DNA of 64,000 bases, from the NCBI GenBank assembly GCA_004764695.1, contig SMSO01000007.1:2239270-2303269 (forward strand), in the 5' to 3' direction. The first letter of the stretch is position 1. Each line of letters begins with the position of its first letter. Position numbers and translations under genes: made by a program. The notes under the pieces are model-generated. The model was not told the origin of the DNA, made no database searches, and saw nothing but the letters and a program-made list of their open reading frames with translations. This document shows positions 62,801 through 64,000 of the stretch, piece after piece. The DNA comes from Schizochytrium sp. TIO01 (Eukaryota; Protista; Bigyra: Labyrinthulomycetes).

Positions 62801-64000
62801 GTACGAACTCTGCAACGTGCATGGCAGCTCCGTGCTGACCTTTTCATCTATAGCTCCTCTGAAAATGGTACAGTGTACACGGTCTCGACAGACTCAGAAC
62901 TTGGAGACGATTGGCACACCAGGATTGCAGAAGCGGATCTTCATCACGAGGAATACTTTTGCTCAAGCTCCAGTTCCATAAATCTATACAAGGTCAATGA
63001 TGATGAGTTGATGCATTTGCATCAGCATCTGCAACAACGTCCTTGTCAGGACAGCCATGCTGGTGGCGTGCCATTATCTTCAGGCTCCAACTACACTACT
63101 CGCCAATTGGAATCAAATAGTCGCGGATGTACTTCTATCGGAACCCATCTAGTTGGTAACCAGCAACGTCTTCCTGATGTATGTGAAGAAGAAGCAAGTG
63201 ATATAGAGACTTACAGCTTTCGCCAGCAAGATGTGGCTGTTGGACAGCAAATTCTTCAAGGGATCTCAAGTCAAGGTAAGGTTTATACAACCTCTGAACA
63301 ACACAGTAGAAACGTTGAGATGGAGACAAAGCAGTCAGAGGAAGAAATAGAAAGAGACAATGGGGGCAACAATGGTGATGACGAAGATAGCGAGGCATTA
63401 GTTCCTGATGCAGGGGTAGTACTCAATCACCTTGGAGAGGATGAAGACATTTACGATTCCGATGCAAATGGATATCATGCTGATGATGATGGTAATTATG
63501 TTGATGAAGATGACGAAGAGGAGGATGAGCAACAAAGAGAGGAGTCTGAAGGCAAAACTGGAGCAAATGATGATAGAACTGGGGTCTCAAGAAATGGATG
63601 CAGCAGTGAGACCTCACTGGGCGGACCACTCAGCATGTCGAATGTTGACCGCACTGGAGAAGGTGCAAGGCCACCTCAGCAATCCAAAGGAAGTCGAGAT
63701 AGGAATAATAATAGCAAGATGCAAAAGCTCAGGCCTTTTTCGGGTGGTGAACAAGTGGTATTATCGATTGCCGATGTAGCAAGTGATGCAAATTCGGGCA
63801 ACCATCTCCGTACAAAACGCCTCCATAGTCGCAATAGTATATCTAGGCAACGTGATAGTATACAAGGCAGCAACATCGATGAGAAGGTATTTGAAAACTC
63901 ATACGCTGGAGCGAACAGGCCCATCTCCCGTCAAAGAGGGTCTGTAGAGTTGCTACGAAAAGATGCAAAGCGTGAAGGCCCTGTGCCAGCCACAGGCACT
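59849..64000 (+). CDS. Unconventional myosin heavy chain (motor, ~4 IQ motifs, acidic tail), 3'-truncated by the window
   Basis: ATG at 59849 just after an in-frame TGA (MALVWIKDAERVW..). DDFTNLLYIHEASILHNLEQRF, P-loop GESGSGKT, LEAFGNAQT, switch I NSSRFGKF, YLLERSRV, switch II DIFGFE, HYAG.V.Y, FVRCIKPN, FGKTRIFF, and IQ-like motifs at ~62620-62830. The frame appears open to 64000, which explains its absence from the ORF track. Confidence 0.95.
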   Translation, partial: MALVWIKDAERVWSQAQLYDSKPKEALEPTQTKDTITQGEACEQHQVNGKSASYSCSILPRLDTGEASALQNKEQDLPIHNKNDIDTVYLPCSGRDESHLDDFTNLLYIHEASILHNLEQRFLKKQPYTFISRVLLSVNPITEIDEPVDLVGSQDALKRPHPYSVAEHAFQQMERESRSQCVVVSGESGSGKTETSKRVIRHIVMRTGKSCFVDEQLLAASPILEAFGNAQTVSNGNSSRFGKFVNLYFDNKTNSFRRAAIKSYLLERSRVVTFDYNERSFHIFYQILAGADDELRAALLLDQYTGPYSTNVRESRDKVDFLRLAESMKLFGISAEKSQDVFAVVAAILHLAGINFINTDSAEGNIAHIAHFSRPSLRAAAILLGVDENELLRLICEKTMVLRGETMVSQRTAEAATQARDALAKALYQRLFDWILGQINHVLGNPQALGAIERGSVDRFQQQEKDHDQATSRTENGILSTEETFIGILDIFGFESFEKNSFEQLLINFANEALQTIFNEQLFQAELDLYRAENLDIGDMNNPPNNKCVDCLALFRTVRKSDLQQEECLNTPGAPSLSPISVPSPSALQPSWSNSVNSVSTKSERIPGLLAALNTISVGPEPTDKKLIAYLHRNFQGRPCYIDPHPRLAACTFIIDHYAGQVSYTIHGFVEKNSDSLPPEADAFFAAQTNGSKIIKSMFASTGNDEETHGMPNRASLRQKVSSKKSKSIAATFEEQIRSLMNVIDETQCSFVRCIKPNAALNPACGFDPKYVSRQLSCLSIPQTAQLLQAGLPGRLSYSVLHQTFGPMLRAELPAQLLERVTSDPLYEQIAIKCILRSLGANDSQCKFGKTRIFFANGVLAMLDAKFKAIEAGTESIPNTLVVDIERACAVRAARSILIRVGALRRRRLCQQRRTALQSHVSTVLQAHVRRKLAQRAFARKINAIITIQRIWRTHAKDVACATKIQAFFRGRIQRQKFMCVCRAVRTLQRAWQLRADLFIYSSSENGTVYTVSTDSELGDDWHTRIAEADLHHEEYFCSSSSSINLYKVNDDELMHLHQHLQQRPCQDSHAGGVPLSSGSNYTTRQLESNSRGCTSIGTHLVGNQQRLPDVCEEEASDIETYSFRQQDVAVGQQILQGISSQGKVYTTSEQHSRNVEMETKQSEEEIERDNGGNNGDDEDSEALVPDAGVVLNHLGEDEDIYDSDANGYHADDDGNYVDEDDEEEDEQQREESEGKTGANDDRTGVSRNGCSSETSLGGPLSMSNVDRTGEGARPPQQSKGSRDRNNNSKMQKLRPFSGGEQVVLSIADVASDANSGNHLRTKRLHSRNSISRQRDSIQGSNIDEKVFENSYAGANRPISRQRGSVELLRKDAKREGPVPATGT

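Overview
Eukaryotic nuclear DNA (spliceosomal GT-AG introns, myosin, SMC5, DCC1, TRAPP and complex I genes). The few introns, the microsatellite-saturated intergenic DNA and the NDUFV2 C-terminus suggest a stramenopile, probably a thraustochytrid/labyrinthulomycete (inference). Positions 1-24.2 kb hold no convincing gene and form an SSR-rich desert ending at a three-finger C2H2 transcription factor. A gene-dense block follows: TRAPPC2L-like (3 exons, -) head-to-head with a CRYZL1-like gene (2 exons, +), DCC1 (-), two tandem full-length SMC5 paralogues (-), a divergently oriented pair of paralogous single-pass membrane proteins of unknown family, NDUFV2 (2 exons, +), an ankyrin-repeat protein (-), and a divergent myosin (+) that runs off the window and is absent from the ORF track. 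The best candidate for a new system is the DCC1-SMC5a-SMC5b cluster: both SMC5 copies are intact, share derived head residues and have strongly diverged arms, and one has an altered Walker A plus an inserted motif resembling those of chromatin proteins. No tRNA, rRNA, CRISPR or intact mobile element was recognised.
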